Counted from the first letter of the whole stretch, positions 24,595 through 37,245 are shown. The stretch is 63,179 nucleotides of DNA, filler included, from Reticulomyxa filosa (GCA_000512085.1; 18 parts of 18 records of this genome joined end to end with filler, not necessarily neighbours in it); one strand, 5' to 3'. The notes: generated by a model not told the origin, from the sequence alone. Numbers and translations are program-made.

Positions 24595-26160
24595 TTAGTA
24601 ATTGAATTCATCTTCACTATCATTTTCGTCAATTTGCAAATCTACATGAGCCTCTATTTTGTGTAATGGCTCTTCATTTTGAAGACTTTGTGAATCTTCA
24701 AATCCAAAGTCATTTGGATACAACAATGCCAGTTCGCTCACAATTGGCTTGAAGGATGGAATATTTGCTGGCTCTAAACTTGGGATTTTTTGATTTGTCT
24801 ATGTGTTTTTGGAAAGTACTGTGCGTAAATAAAAAGAAACGGCTTTGTTTTTATGACAAAACTGCTATTACTGTCTTTCCTGCGGACTGCTTGGCTGGGC
24901 TATCTTCGTCTTTCTCGCTCGTGACATCTTGCGTTGAGAGTGCAGTATTTTCAACTTTTTTCTTGTTCTTGGAGTCAACTGAACTTTCATTAGTCTTGTT
25001 TTCAAAGCCTAACAGTCTTTTGAACGATACCATCCTTCTAGATAAACCTTGTTTTTGCTCTGTCGACTTTGCATCAAGTGTGTTCTCTATATTTGTCGAA
25101 GGATTTTGTTTTTCGGCATTTTGCTCAAGTAATGAAACCTGACCCACTTTCTCAGTATTTAAAGTTGTGGTACTTTTTTTGAGGTTTGTCAAAAGTAGAA
25201 TCTGTTTGTGACTATTTGCAGATGAGATATCCGAAGTGCAAATTTCGCTCTCACTTTTTTTAACATTTTCTGCATCAACCTCTGCTTCAAGACATTTCTC
25301 CTGTCATGTAATATGCCATTATCTTGTAAATTTTAAAAATTTGTTGTTTATTAGTTTTTGTTGTTTTAGAACTGTTGTCTTTTCAAGGGAATCTTCAAAA
25401 GATTCATTTGTGTCCAAAATTTGGAAATGCATTTTTGAAGATTGTTTTTTGCTTTTATGTTTTTTGAGATCTTGTTCTTTGAGATCAGTTGTTGCAGATA
25501 CGGTACTCGGCTTAGTATTAGTTTCAATCGGAATACACGTATTCGCTTTGTCGTTGATATTTTGATGAAGAGCACTGTCGCTCTCAATTGGCTCATTGAT
25601 ATCTTTCAGTTCTTTTTCATTTGAAACATTTGATTTGACCGAATTTTGAGCAGTCCAAATTTTGTCTTTGCTCACTGGTTCCACAACTGATTCTGTAACT
25701 GACCTCAGGACTGGGGCTACAGGTGGTTGTGAATTACCGATGCATGCTTCTTCACTGTGAGAAACAAGGCTGAAAAAACAACCAAAACAAAGAGAAATAA
25801 GGAAGGGTGAGAAAATTAAAACATATAAAAAAGAACTTGTTTTCACAATTTTTAATACAAACAAGCAAAACTCTGTGCATTGTGCATTACTCGAAGCAGT
25901 TGATCCTCGGACAGAATCTACTGCTTGTGATTGAGCGGTAACTACTTTTTTTGACTCCAAGTCATTCACGGGACTCTCAATCACTTTTATTGATTTAGAT
26001 ACCAAAGCAGAATTATGTTCACTGGAGTTTTCCATTTCTATTTCAATTTTACTTCCTGGTTGTTTTTTCGCTTCTTCACGATCTTGCTCTTTAACGCTTT
26101 TGTTGGGTGTGCTCTCTTGGACAATGCATAGCGTTGTATTTGTTTGTTTATCTTGTTGGT
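24595..26160 (-). CDS. Hypothetical S/K/E-rich, probably disordered multi-exon protein (3' part)
   Basis: ORF blocks 25319-26035 and 24851-25192, plus a last exon TNQKIPSLEPANIPSF...DEFNY* ending at 24595, are separated by GT-AG introns. Confidence 0.55.
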
Positions 26161-27990
26161 TTCTACCGTGTTTTGAAACAAAACAATATAAAACTGCTGT
26201 GTATATAACNNNNNNNNNNNNNNNNNNNNNNNNNNNNNNNNNNNNNNNNNNNNTTAATTAATTAANNNNNNNNNNNNNNNNNNNNNNNNNNNNNNNNNNN
26301 NNNNNNNNNTTCACATGCTGTCTTTTTCTTATTATGAATATTCCAAAAAAGAGAGGCACAAGATTTTTGTTCTAACTTTTTTATTTCAGAAAACTTTTAA
26401 TTTTTGTGTTTTGACATGTGTGGTTTGTGTGATATAAAAAATTAACAGACTTTTTTTTGTTGAAATGAATTTTTTTTTGGATGAATGACAACAATCTTCA
26501 CAAATTTTTTGTAATAAAAAATAATTTTTTTAAAAAAATATTTTGTAAAAAAAAAGAAAATAACAATAGGCTATTCTTGGATAAATTTTCAGTATATTTA
26601 GCATTTGACCTGATTGCAAGAAACTGCTTAGACTCCAGCTGGAAGTATCTCAACCAGACCCACCCTCTCAAACATACTGAGTAGAACCTCAATGTCTAAC
26701 ACCACACGAATACATGTTTTCGAGACACAGCTTTCCCTGAGGTTCACTGCATCTTTGAATTTGTGGCCATAACTCGCTGCGTTGATTCTTCTCAATGATA
26801 TTCAAGTGTACCGAAACACGCTTTAATCTATTCTTCATTTCTCTCGAACTTGGTGCTGTTTTCTCGTCTTTTGTCTCTTCTGTTTTCCGTTTTCTTTTTG
26901 ACTGTACTCTCCTCCAAGTTGTCGTTTTCCAACTGGCCCACTGAGCAATGATATTCACGGATTCCACTTCTAACTCTTGGAAACCCCTTCGATGGGCTTG
27001 TTTCTTCGAGTTTCAGGACTAAGTCCCCTCCAACAAAAAAAGTTTGCATAGATCGAAAAATCGAATAAAAAGATTGGAGAACCTTGAATAGAAACATTTT
27101 TTTGTTTTTTGGAATCTTTTTTGATGTTGGACACCTTTTTCGATATACTTTCCCTGATTTGGCGTAAATATTTGGGACGTGGAAGAAAAAAAAGGGACAC
27201 ATCAATGAGTTTTAACAACAAGTTAGCAACATACAGAAAACGAGTGGCTCACAAAGATGCTTTGACAAAGACGCATCTTCTTACATAAACAAAGAGAACA
27301 AAATGGGCAATAGAAAGAGACAAAAAGAGTGTCAAGAAAAATGAACCATGTACTGTGGCATGACCACAACAAAAAAAATATTTGGAATAAAAAAAAATTT
27401 AGAATAACACACAAACTCCCACAACAACTCAACCAATCAGCAACACATCGGCAACCAATTTTTTTCAAAAGAAGATTCTTAATTTTTTTTTAATGGACCT
27501 TTTTTTTTTTGACAAAAAATTATTAGACGCTTTTTTTTTGATAAAAAAATCAAGCATGAACAGCAACCAATTTTTTTTTTCGTACAACTATAGTCATTTT
27601 TTTCGCACTACATCATTGGTCATTTAGAAAAAAGTTTTTTCAGATAGCATAGAGCAGAAAGAGATAGACTTCAGGACAAAAGTCAACACTGTAGACACAC
27701 TTCAGACACACTTCAGACACGCAAATAACAAAGAAAGAGGAAGAGACAAAGGGACCCATTCTTAAAAAAAAAAAGATTATCTCGTAACAACAAAAGCAAC
27801 AACCAACAGCTAATTTTGGAAAATAGCAAACATGACAAACAATAATGGTATGATTTCTGCATGTCTTCTATGCAAAAAACGAGACAGATACAATCTGTTT
27901 TTTTGACTATCTCTGTCTCTTACATATAATAACTCTAAGCAGACAGTGACAACGAACTCGATATGGGATTGGTCTTGGGCATGCTTAGCC

Positions 27991-28152
27991 TCAATCCAAG
28001 AAGGGAGCATCGGCTGCAAGACAAGGTGATGGCCCAATGCAGATTGCCATATTTGAGTCGCCACCACAAATAAGGTCTAGTGACCGGGCCGAAGAACAAG
28101 CAGAAGAATTAATGATGGTTGCACAATCACCACTAGCACCATCATTCACTTC
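27991..28152 (-). CDS. C-terminal fragment of an unknown protein
   Basis: Open frame from the contig edge: EVNDGASGDCATIINSS...CLAADAPFLD*. GC is higher than in the flanks. Confidence 0.3.
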   Translation of the reverse strand, partial: EVNDGASGDCATIINSSACSSARSLDLICGGDSNMAICIGPSPCLAADAPFLD

Positions 28153-28253
28153 ANNNNNNNNNNNNNNNNNNNNNNNNNNNNNNNNNNNNNNNNNNNNTTA
28201 ATTAATTAANNNNNNNNNNNNNNNNNNNNNNNNNNNNNNNNNNNNNNNNNNNN

Positions 28254-29205
28254 TAATGGTCTGTGCTGTTTGTAATTGTGATTGCAAGTGATCAGGCCCC
28301 ACTTTAATTATTATGGATTATATGTTTATATTTGAAGCATGTATTTTTTTGATAGGGTTTGCCCGATTGAAAAGTCAAGAGATGAATAAATTTCTAACCA
28401 GAGGTAAGTAATCGTCTCCAGTAGTAGAATCCGTATCATGAATAGCGACAATTAACATTTCACGACAACTCGAAATGCACTTTTCAACACCAAGTAGAGT
28501 GACTGCTGATTCCGTGGACATATCCAATTCTCTTAGATGTTGCTTCAACAAATTTGTGCTTGAAATCGACCTTTGCAATTCCTGTGGATGTTCATTGTAC
28601 TTTGGAACTTACTAATTATTTTGTTTGTATGATTTTTTTTTTCCAAACAAAACAGGTATATAGTATTCTTTTTTTTTAAATATACAAGTGTGCAGATATA
28701 AAATGGTGTGATCTATAGTTTGTTTGTAGTCTGGAATGAAAATTCACACCATTTATAGGTTGGCCCAATAACAAATTGACCTTTTTCCCAATCAGACACT
28801 TGACTTGAAGCGTTATGGATAGCACAAAGTTGGTCATTGATAATTCGTTGCAACTGCCCTCGCAGCGAAGGGAACGTCGAATTTCAATATTTCACAACCA
28901 TGTCGTTTGTTTGATCTATTTTTGTTTTTTTTACTTGTTTTTGGCATTTGATTTAGTCACCAATGTATACATATATATACAAACACACAAACATTTGGTA
29001 TTTGTCCGCGATCACTTTGGTCCATTGCATATTCACTTCTCGCAAGTCCAATGTAATACATTCGCCAGTCTTTGATATGATACCTCCACACACGAACGCG
29101 CTGCCAACCTTTGGGTTCTATAACATTCAACAACACATATTTTTTAAACAAACACACAAACAAAGAGAAAACTTACTTAATTGATGTTATCCCGCGCGGG
29201 ATGCA
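28254..29205 (-). CDS. VPS9-domain-like protein (Rab5 GEF family), fragment; may be degenerate
   Basis: TTGDDYLPL followed after an intron by IIKVGPDHLQSQL resembles the VPS9 signature (ADDLLP..IIKA.PP.L.SNL). Upstream exons are not cleanly resolved. Confidence 0.55.
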
Positions 29206-29450
29206 ATCACTTTTAAATATAAAAAAAAATAATTATTTCAATCTAATCTTTTTCATTTATCATCTTTGTTCTTTGTTTTTTTTTTCTTTTTCTTTTTTCT
29301 TTTTCTTTTTTCTTTTTCCTTTTTCTTTTTAGTGTCACTTTTTTTTTTTTNNNNNNNNNNNNNNNNNNNNNNNNNNNNNNNNNNNNNNNNNNNNTTAATT
29401 AATTAANNNNNNNNNNNNNNNNNNNNNNNNNNNNNNNNNNNNNNNNNNNN

Positions 29451-29477
<27 letters not shown>

Positions 29478-29489
<12 letters not shown>

Positions 29490-31206
29490 TGCAACCTTAA
29501 GTTGCAGGAAGGCGGATCCTCGCTTTGCACAAGGGATGTGATAGGCACTGGAGCACATTTCACATTGCACGCACATGCCTTTTTTTGCGTTGCAAAACAT
29601 GCAGCGCAAAGAGGAACGCTTGGAATCCGCAAAGTCCATTTCCGCAAGCGGCAAGGCCGTCTTGTTGGACGCCAATGCAATGCTGGTCATCCACGAGCCG
29701 CAAGACGCATGTACCCACGTGTCTTTCTTCGACGTCCGCTTAAAAGCCTTGTCTTCGTTGGTTTTGCAAAGCATGCATACAATCGTGTCGTCGTCGCAGC
29801 ACTCGTTGTCATTGGCTGCACACAAATCACAATACCATTCTTTCCTCTGCACATATTCATACATACATCATTATGTTAAATGATTTGTATACGTATTTTG
29901 CAAAACAAATATTTATTAAAAAAAAAAAATGAAACTCGTGATGGGAGTGAAGCGCCGTAACATTGGCAATGAACACAAATCCGACAAGCATTGCAACGCA
30001 ATAGTGTGTCGTCGTTGGGAGCATCATGTTCCATGCACACAGCACAAGACTGTGGTTGTGATCCTTGTTCTTGTTCCTGTTCTTGCTCTTGTCTTTTCTT
30101 GTTCTTGTTCTTGTTCTTGTTCCTGTTCCTGTTCTGGTTCTGGTTCTGATTGTTGTGGAGGATCTATCGATCGCGATTTGTTCCGGTTCGAATGTGAGTA
30201 CTCGGAAATTGTTTGTGCACGGTAGCGTCGTCCACGAGGTCGACGTGGTGTAGCTGGTGCTGCTGTGGCTGTTGCTGTTGCTGTTGGTATATCTTTTGAT
30301 CCATCTTGCTGTGGAATGTGAGGTGATTGAGATGGTGACATTCCTGGTTGGGTCTCGTTTTCATTATTTTTATTGTTCTTATTATTGTTATTGTCATTAT
30401 CATTATCATTATCATTATCATTATCATTATCATTATCATTATCACTGTCATAACCATTGATGTTGAAAGGGTTATTTTGATTAATGTCCACGTCAGACTG
30501 ACTTTTGTTCTCATTACCAGACAGGGATTCTTGCTCGTGATAATACCTTTGCCGTTTCAATACCTTTTCCAATGTATATTGACTTGAAATATACTGCCGT
30601 TCTATTTCACGGGACGGTCCCTCAGTTGCGTCCATCTTCGTGTTCCCGGAAGGTTCCGAACTGGTTTCATCGCTTTCGTTGTGCTGGTTCCGGACTTTGT
30701 CCGCTTTCTTGCTTTTCCCTTTCTTTGGCGCATGCTGTGCCTTTAATCCCATTGCGTATTTTGATAGCTTCTCATGGTAGTTACTCACAAACGCTGTGTT
30801 TTGTGTCAACGATGTTAACACACTCTCTGCGTTGACACTTTCCCAAAAATCATTAAATATACTCACCACACTTTTTAATTTATCGTCACCCCGACATTGT
30901 GATTTGCTATTTTTTTTGTAAAACAATTTTTTTTTTTTCATGTGATACTTTCCATACACAATATCTTTTTTCACATAACGCAAATTCTTGACTGCATTTC
31001 AAACACTTCAATTTGTCCTTGCCATGCTCTATCTTTTGCAGGCATCTTAGACAATAACTATGACAGCACGGGAGGATCTGTGGGTTTTTGTAAAGATTTT
31101 TGCAACATTCGCATTGGAGATCAATTTTCAGATCTTCCAAAATTGCTTGTATTTCATCTTCCACGGCTTTCATTGCCACAACACGCTTCATAAACAGATC
31201 ATCCAT
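29478..31206 (-). CDS. C3HC4 RING + PHD-Zn-knuckle-ePHD (PZP) chromatin protein, 3' truncated, with an apparent frameshift
   Basis: RING: CECC-x11-CCH-x2-C-x2-C-x12-CLKC. PHD: CAVC...LLRCNACRICVHCQCYG...WYCDLC. Knuckle/ePHD: CMLC...AFKRT...WVHASC...CMFC...GMCVQC..CSSAYHIPC. Confidence 0.88.
30394..30444. repeat. (TCATTA)n hexamer microsatellite encoding (DN)n
   Basis: Perfect hexamer run inside the RING-PZP CDS. Confidence 0.9.
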
Positions 31207-31466
31207 CTTTTTTTTATATGTGGGTGCGGGCTTGGGAAAACCTTTTTTTTTTTATTCTGGCAGTTGTCGCGAAGATGAAGAAAATTTGTTGAAAACGAAA
31301 GAGCGGCACAGTTGGATTTGTTGGTTTTCAAAAACAGGAAATAGTCCAAAACACAAGTGAAAACTCGGGTGAAGAATCGCAAAGGGATTTTTGGAGTGCT
31401 CAGCAGACTTGACAAAAAAATTCCATTCAAAAAAAGGGGTAGGACAAAACGAACAAAAAACAAAAA

Positions 31467-33478
31467 ATGTCGGCCGATAAAGATTATAAATCCTCGACAA
31501 GCAAGCTTCTAAGCATAGCCCGGAAAATCACATCGTCAAGCATTTCACAGGGCATGTGTCTATGTTAAATAATGAACTAAAGTGAAAGGAACAGCCAAAG
31601 AACGGTGGAAGTTCCTTCCGAATATTGTGAATCGTTGACGTTGTTTTATATAATGACAACGCAAATAATTATGAGAGGAAAGAGGGAGGGATAGAGGGAT
31701 TTGGGACGAACGGAAGGAAGGAGGAGGAGAGAAGAGGGAGGAAAAAAAAAACAAGTAAAGAAATAAACAAAACAGAAGAAGAAGAAGAAGATAACGACAA
31801 AAAATGGAAAAATAAAGTGGAGATCTATTTTAAATTGGAGCCAACGAATACCGACAAAATAACGAACGCACAAGTAATTACAATGACAGCAAGCAATGTT
31901 GTAGTGAATTGGTCAATTCCGGAGTGGCCCTTGCAACTATTCGAATACAGTTGGAGGAACCAAGAAAAGTTTATGATGGATGTGAAGTATCATATTGTGT
32001 ATAGAAACGTAACCAAAAACAATGAGCCAAAAAAAAGAAGAGAGTGCAAAGCACCGACTATGATCAATGTATCTGCCAGTTGTCGTTACCATTTGCACAT
32101 TGAATGCGAGCACCCAAAATATGGGATCATTGCAAAATCAGAAACTATTGATTTCATTACTCCATCAAGTCTTACACATATATATATGTATATTTTTTTT
32201 ACAATAACAAAAAAAAAAAAAATAGAGGGGGTTAAGGATACGTAATATAATCACAGTTTCTCTTATAAAAAAAAAAAAAAAAAGAAAATGACAATTGCCG
32301 CAAACTGGCTCCAGAATCAGTTTCGGAGGCCTATCTGACGATAAACTGTGTGAACCGCAATTGCGTATTGGAATGGAAATGCAGTCGGAAGTTTGTAGGG
32401 AGTGCGTATTACGCGTTGGTATTGGAGTATCCAAGTGAGGGCGGTGTCCATAGTCGCAAAGAAGCCATTGTGTTGGGGACGACGACGCACTGCTACTTGC
32501 ATATGGACTGGAAGAGTTTGTACGAGTTTTGTCGGCGGTATGAACTTGACTTGCATGAAATGAATGACCCCAATTATCACGTGCGTTTGAAAGTGCAGAC
32601 CATTTGCATTGACAAGTGGGGATGGACATGCGAAGATCAGCTCACCAATGTCGTCGTGAGGTTGCAGAAAAAACAGAGCCACAAATCAGCAAAGAGTCCA
32701 ACAATGTTGTCGTCCGTATATTCCAACCCGCTTTTGTATCACCCTTCTTTTGTATACGTATTGCCACAACATTGTCTTCACAAGTGTAAATACATTTATC
32801 ATCCTTGCAAATCTTCTTCTTCTTCTTCTTCTTCTCTATCTAATACTGATACTACTGCCGTCAATTGCGGTATCTCTGACCATGAATGCAAAAACATGGA
32901 CGAAAAAAAATCCGAGTGTCTTCAATCCTCTTCTTCTTTTTCATCGTACTCCGACTTAGTGGTAAAAAACCTCGGCTGGGTTTGGACTGGCTCCACATCT
33001 ACTCCCTACTATTGCAATCGCGACTGCAATGTCATCGACGATACATTGTATGACGAGCACTTGGGGATAGTGGTGGTCATAATCGTCAAGCCGATTCGGA
33101 CGCAGGATTATGCGTTGTGTCTGACCCCTTTCGGTTCCACGAGGATGATGCAGCTGCGCTATTGCTTCGACTCGCGCAAAGAGTACGATTTTTTATACGT
33201 GCTGCGTGGCACATCGACTTTGCGTATACGTTGGATCACTACTTCAACGTCAACACGCTCTCCGAATTGGGACAAAAGTGTCGTTTGTCCAAAGAGCCTC
33301 GCAACGAATACAATGACCTGTTTTGCTTCAAAGAAGACTTTCAAGATAAAAAAATGATGGCATATAAATTGGAGCGAAATATATGCGGAGGCAATGACAG
33401 TGCGTATTGTTGTAATACTGATGCTGATATTTTTGATGATTACTCAAACAATAATAATAATAATAATAATAATAATAA
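31467..33478 (+). CDS. Protein with fibronectin type III-like domains, 3' truncated
   Basis: ITMTASNVVVNWSIP...YHIVYR...YHLHIECE and a second NCVLEWK...YHVRLKVQT unit show FN3-like W/Y patterns. The start at ATG 31467 via short introns is inferred. Confidence 0.55.
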
Positions 33479-33578
33479 NNNNNNNNNNNNNNNNNNNNNN
33501 NNNNNNNNNNNNNNNNNNNNNNTTAATTAATTAANNNNNNNNNNNNNNNNNNNNNNNNNNNNNNNNNNNNNNNNNNNN

Positions 33579-34831
33579 TCATTATCATTGTCATTATCAT
33601 TGCTAAGCAACATTTCATGATTTTTATCGTGATATAAATCATTTTTAGATTTTGTAAATTTTACTTCGCTAGTGTTTTGCTTGTGTTTACTCTTTTTTGG
33701 TTGAGATAAGTCATCTTCCATTTGCTCCGTCGATGTCAATTCACTTGTATTTTCCTCTGATTTTTTTTGCCCAGTGGTCACTTGCGACTCACTCTTTTTA
33801 TTATTATTTTTCTTTGTATTGTTTGAAGGGGACATTGATCGATTTGATGTGATGTTGCTATTGCTATTGCTATTGGTATTGGCATTGTTATTGCCATTGA
33901 CATTGATATTGTTATTGCTGTTGTTGGATTTGGCAATAGATGGCACATGACCAGGCTGTTCTTCGAGCGTTCCACTTTCTTGACTCACAGCGAATATGGT
34001 AGTACCCTCGTCTTCTCGTTTCAATGCCTTCAACGAATGTTCTTCTTCTAATTTACACTGTCCACCATCACAAGGGATTTCGTATCGATAAAAGTATCCC
34101 GATTGTGTTGCCACTACTACGTTATGATCGCCATGAAATCCACATTGGATTATATCTTTACTTTCCTTTGTTATTTGTATATTTTATATAATATAAGCTT
34201 ATGTACGTGTACAATGTCACATGATTTTCTAGTTCATTCTAATTACCGAAAATGAGAAAAACATTGGGGGAAACAAAATAAACAGCATTTCAAACTTGGA
34301 AAAAAAAAAAAACTACTCTCAACTAATTTCAATGATATCTGTGCAAAGCTTCTTGGGTGCTCAATGCGATTCATGACTGTTTGCGGCAAGTAATCGCTTA
34401 CCATGTTTACTGCTGCGACTGCTGTTTGTTCATACCTATTCAAATTCGATCATGTTCCAAATTTAAAACTCTCACTATCTATTTAATTTGCCCCCCTCCC
34501 CTCCTCTTCGAGCTCCTTGTCAATCCACTGTGCAAGAAGAGTCACACCAAGAAGAAGAAAAAAATTGCTGAGTAAGATTGAAAATATGAATAGTGGGACT
34601 GGTGGACGAGCAACAAAGCAGAGTGCTGGTGTGGTTGAAGGCAAGCGACTGTATTTTCGTTTGCAAAGAGCCTCGACGAAAGCTGTGTTTATGTTTCCCA
34701 ATGGGTATTGTAAACACTCGAATGACAGTTCCCTAGAAGTTTCCCCAATCAACCAATCCGACCATTGATATGGTTGTTTATTTATGTATTTATAAATGTA
34801 ATTATAATGATAATTTTAAAAATGTTTTGTT

Positions 34832-34862
<31 letters not shown>

Positions 34863-36026
34863 TAAATAAAACCAAACTGTGATACTGGCAGTTGCAAGCA
34901 AATTGCCTTCGGGATTAAAGGCCAAGGCTTGGATAGGAGAGTCATGTGCGTCAATGATGGTACGCACTTGCAGATTGAAAGCGTCCATAATTCCAATTTT
35001 GCCTTGCGACTCAACGACTTTGGTTGGGGCACTAGTGGAGGATACGTGAGGCGAGGGACTGTCCCTCGTGGCAGCGTAAAGTCGACCAAAGTTACCATTG
35101 TCTTCGACAAAACTGCGATTGTCAAAGTGGTCGCCGTTGTTATAATCCAATCCCAAGTCCGATTTGCTCATCGCGGATGCGCCTGCTGTCATGGCGGTCA
35201 TGACGCCAGCAGTATTCGTGGTCGTGGTCGCAGTCGTCCCTGTAATCGAACTGCTGGATCCACTGCTCACGCCATGCAAGATGCGAGCAGTATTCTTGTG
35301 CGGATACGCGACCAGACAGTTGTCTTCGTCACAACACAAATCAAAGACGCCACAGGGGTTAAGACATGTCTCGATCTCGTTGATTCGCTTCATCGTTTTC
35401 AAATCGAAAATATGCATCTTTCGATCCAATGCCACTATCAGTCTGGATTTGTTCATTTTTATATTGCGCACAGTCGATTTGAAATTCAAATGGCAAATCT
35501 CGGTTTCCGAGCGCGTATTGTACAGCTTCACCGTTCGCGGAGACGACTCTTTGTGCTCGGCTGTCCCCACTAGTGCCACTAACGATGTCCCGAATAACAT
35601 CCCTACTTGACTACAACCAAACTTTTCACACGAATACGCCTTGTTAAATGGGTTGCATTGATAGATTCGAAACCCATAAGGGGACCCCACACAAACGCAA
35701 CTGCATTTTATTTTATGTCACACGTGAATCGGGACAAATAATGCAATTTTTTTTTTGTGATCATGTTTGAGGGGGGGGGGGAAGGGAGCAAGAGGGAAAA
35801 AAAAAAAATGGATAAAATTTTGAAGGGGAAAGGGAAAAAGGAAAAAAAAAAGGAAATTTGGCAAAGATGTCATTAACGTGAAATCTTGATTGAATCCTGC
35901 AAATGTTAAATCCGACTTTTTGTGTTTGGACTGTGTCTGACCTTGCGAATGCTGTGAAATTATCCCGACAACAGAGTCAAAGACACCCGATACTTTCCCT
36001 GACACTGTTGAAAATATTGATGTCAT
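33579..36026 (-). CDS. ATG18: ATG18/WIPI PROPPIN beta-propeller
   Basis: FNQDF; [43 protein letters not shown]; phosphoinositide-binding FRRG motif (HSFRRGS); TIHIFNL; GYFYRYEIPCDGGQCKL. The N/S-rich tail is cut by the spacer. Confidence 0.95.
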
Positions 36027-36366
36027 GATTATATGCGCTAAATACAAATTTGAAAGTTCACAACAATTTTAACGAGCGCTTTTCCCAAATAAAAAAATAC
36101 TTCATTTATGTAAAAACCTGTATTAATATTGTTCTCTAAAGATTTGTTAGTTGCATGTCTAAAACAAAACTACAGTGAGTCTCTTATTTTTTTACTTTTA
36201 ACTTTTTTTCTTTTTCCGTATCTTCACGTGCGACACCCTAACTTATTCTGTTCTCTTCTTTGTCACAAGGGAGGATCTTCTTCAACTTAAAAAAAAAAAG
36301 ACTCAGTTGAAGTTTTTCGCTCAATCCCTTCTTTGTATCACTGCAATCAAATAAATCAGCTCCCAT

Positions 36367-37245
36367 ATGACTACTGTAGAACAACCAACTCCTCAAGGAC
36401 CTGAGGCCGCAAAAGCCGCTGAAGTTGCTCCAAAGAAACCACCACAAAGACGTATGTGCGGCTTTTCTTTTTCTCACTTGCAATCAAAAATGTTATAAAA
36501 ATCACCACAATATAGGAACTCGAAAGAAAGAATCATTGTCCAATGCTAAAAGAAAAGTGCAAACTTATGGCAAGAAAAAACATGCAATAGCAATGGCAGT
36601 AGTTGGCGATGGATTTGGCATGATTCGAGTGAACGGTCACCCATTGGACCTCGTCGAACCAAAGCCAATGCGATTAAAATTGTATGAGCCATTGTTTGTC
36701 GCTGGCAAAAAGAAATTTGAAAACATTGATATTCACATCCGAGTAAAGGGCGGTGGTCATGTGGCACAAGTCTACGGTTTGTTTGATTATTTTGTTTTTT
36801 GGTATCCAACAAAAAAATGAAGTATCACATTATTCGTTTTGTTCACATTTCCTTTTTCTGTTTAACATAGCTGTCAGACAAGCGATCGCAAAAGGCCTTT
36901 TAGCATTTGTTGCGAAATGTTAAGTAGACTTTGAGAAAAGTGACATGCGCATTCCCGAAACACTTTATAAAATTTTTATCAAAAAGCTTGTGAAAAATTA
37001 AAGTGATGGAAAAAACAAAAAGGGGCTATCATAATTATTCATAACTCAAGATTTTATGTTTACCTATGACAAATCGTTTGTATTTTTAAAAATATTTAGA
37101 TGATTCAGAAGCAGAAAAAGAAGAACTGAAAAAGAGCTTTTTGAAATACGACAAAACGTTGGTAGTAGCTGATCCGAGACAAAGAGAGTCCAAAAAATTC
37201 GGTGGACGTGGTCCAAGATCAAGATTCCAAAAATCATACAGATGA
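36367..37245 (+). CDS. RPS16: 40S ribosomal protein S16 (uS9)
   Basis: [63 protein letters not shown]. Three GT-AG introns, the last at 36919-37099. Confidence 0.97.
36961..37074 (+). ncRNA. Candidate intronic H/ACA snoRNA
   Basis: Inside RPS16 intron 3: hairpin 36961-37005, an A-rich ANANNA hinge at ~37010-37021, a second hairpin with an internal loop at 37029-37069, and ACA at 37069-37071. Confidence 0.4.

Noticed and set aside
31552-31582. Possible 31-nt GC-AG intron in the FN3-like gene
   Set aside because: An alternative 27-nt GT-AG parse also restores the frame, and I cannot decide without cDNA.
34929-35610. Long antisense or alternate-frame ORFs (also 1844-2605, 23191-23903, 47555-48227, 61420-61929)
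   Set aside because: They are shadows of real genes on the other strand, often of low-complexity codons, and have no independent motifs.
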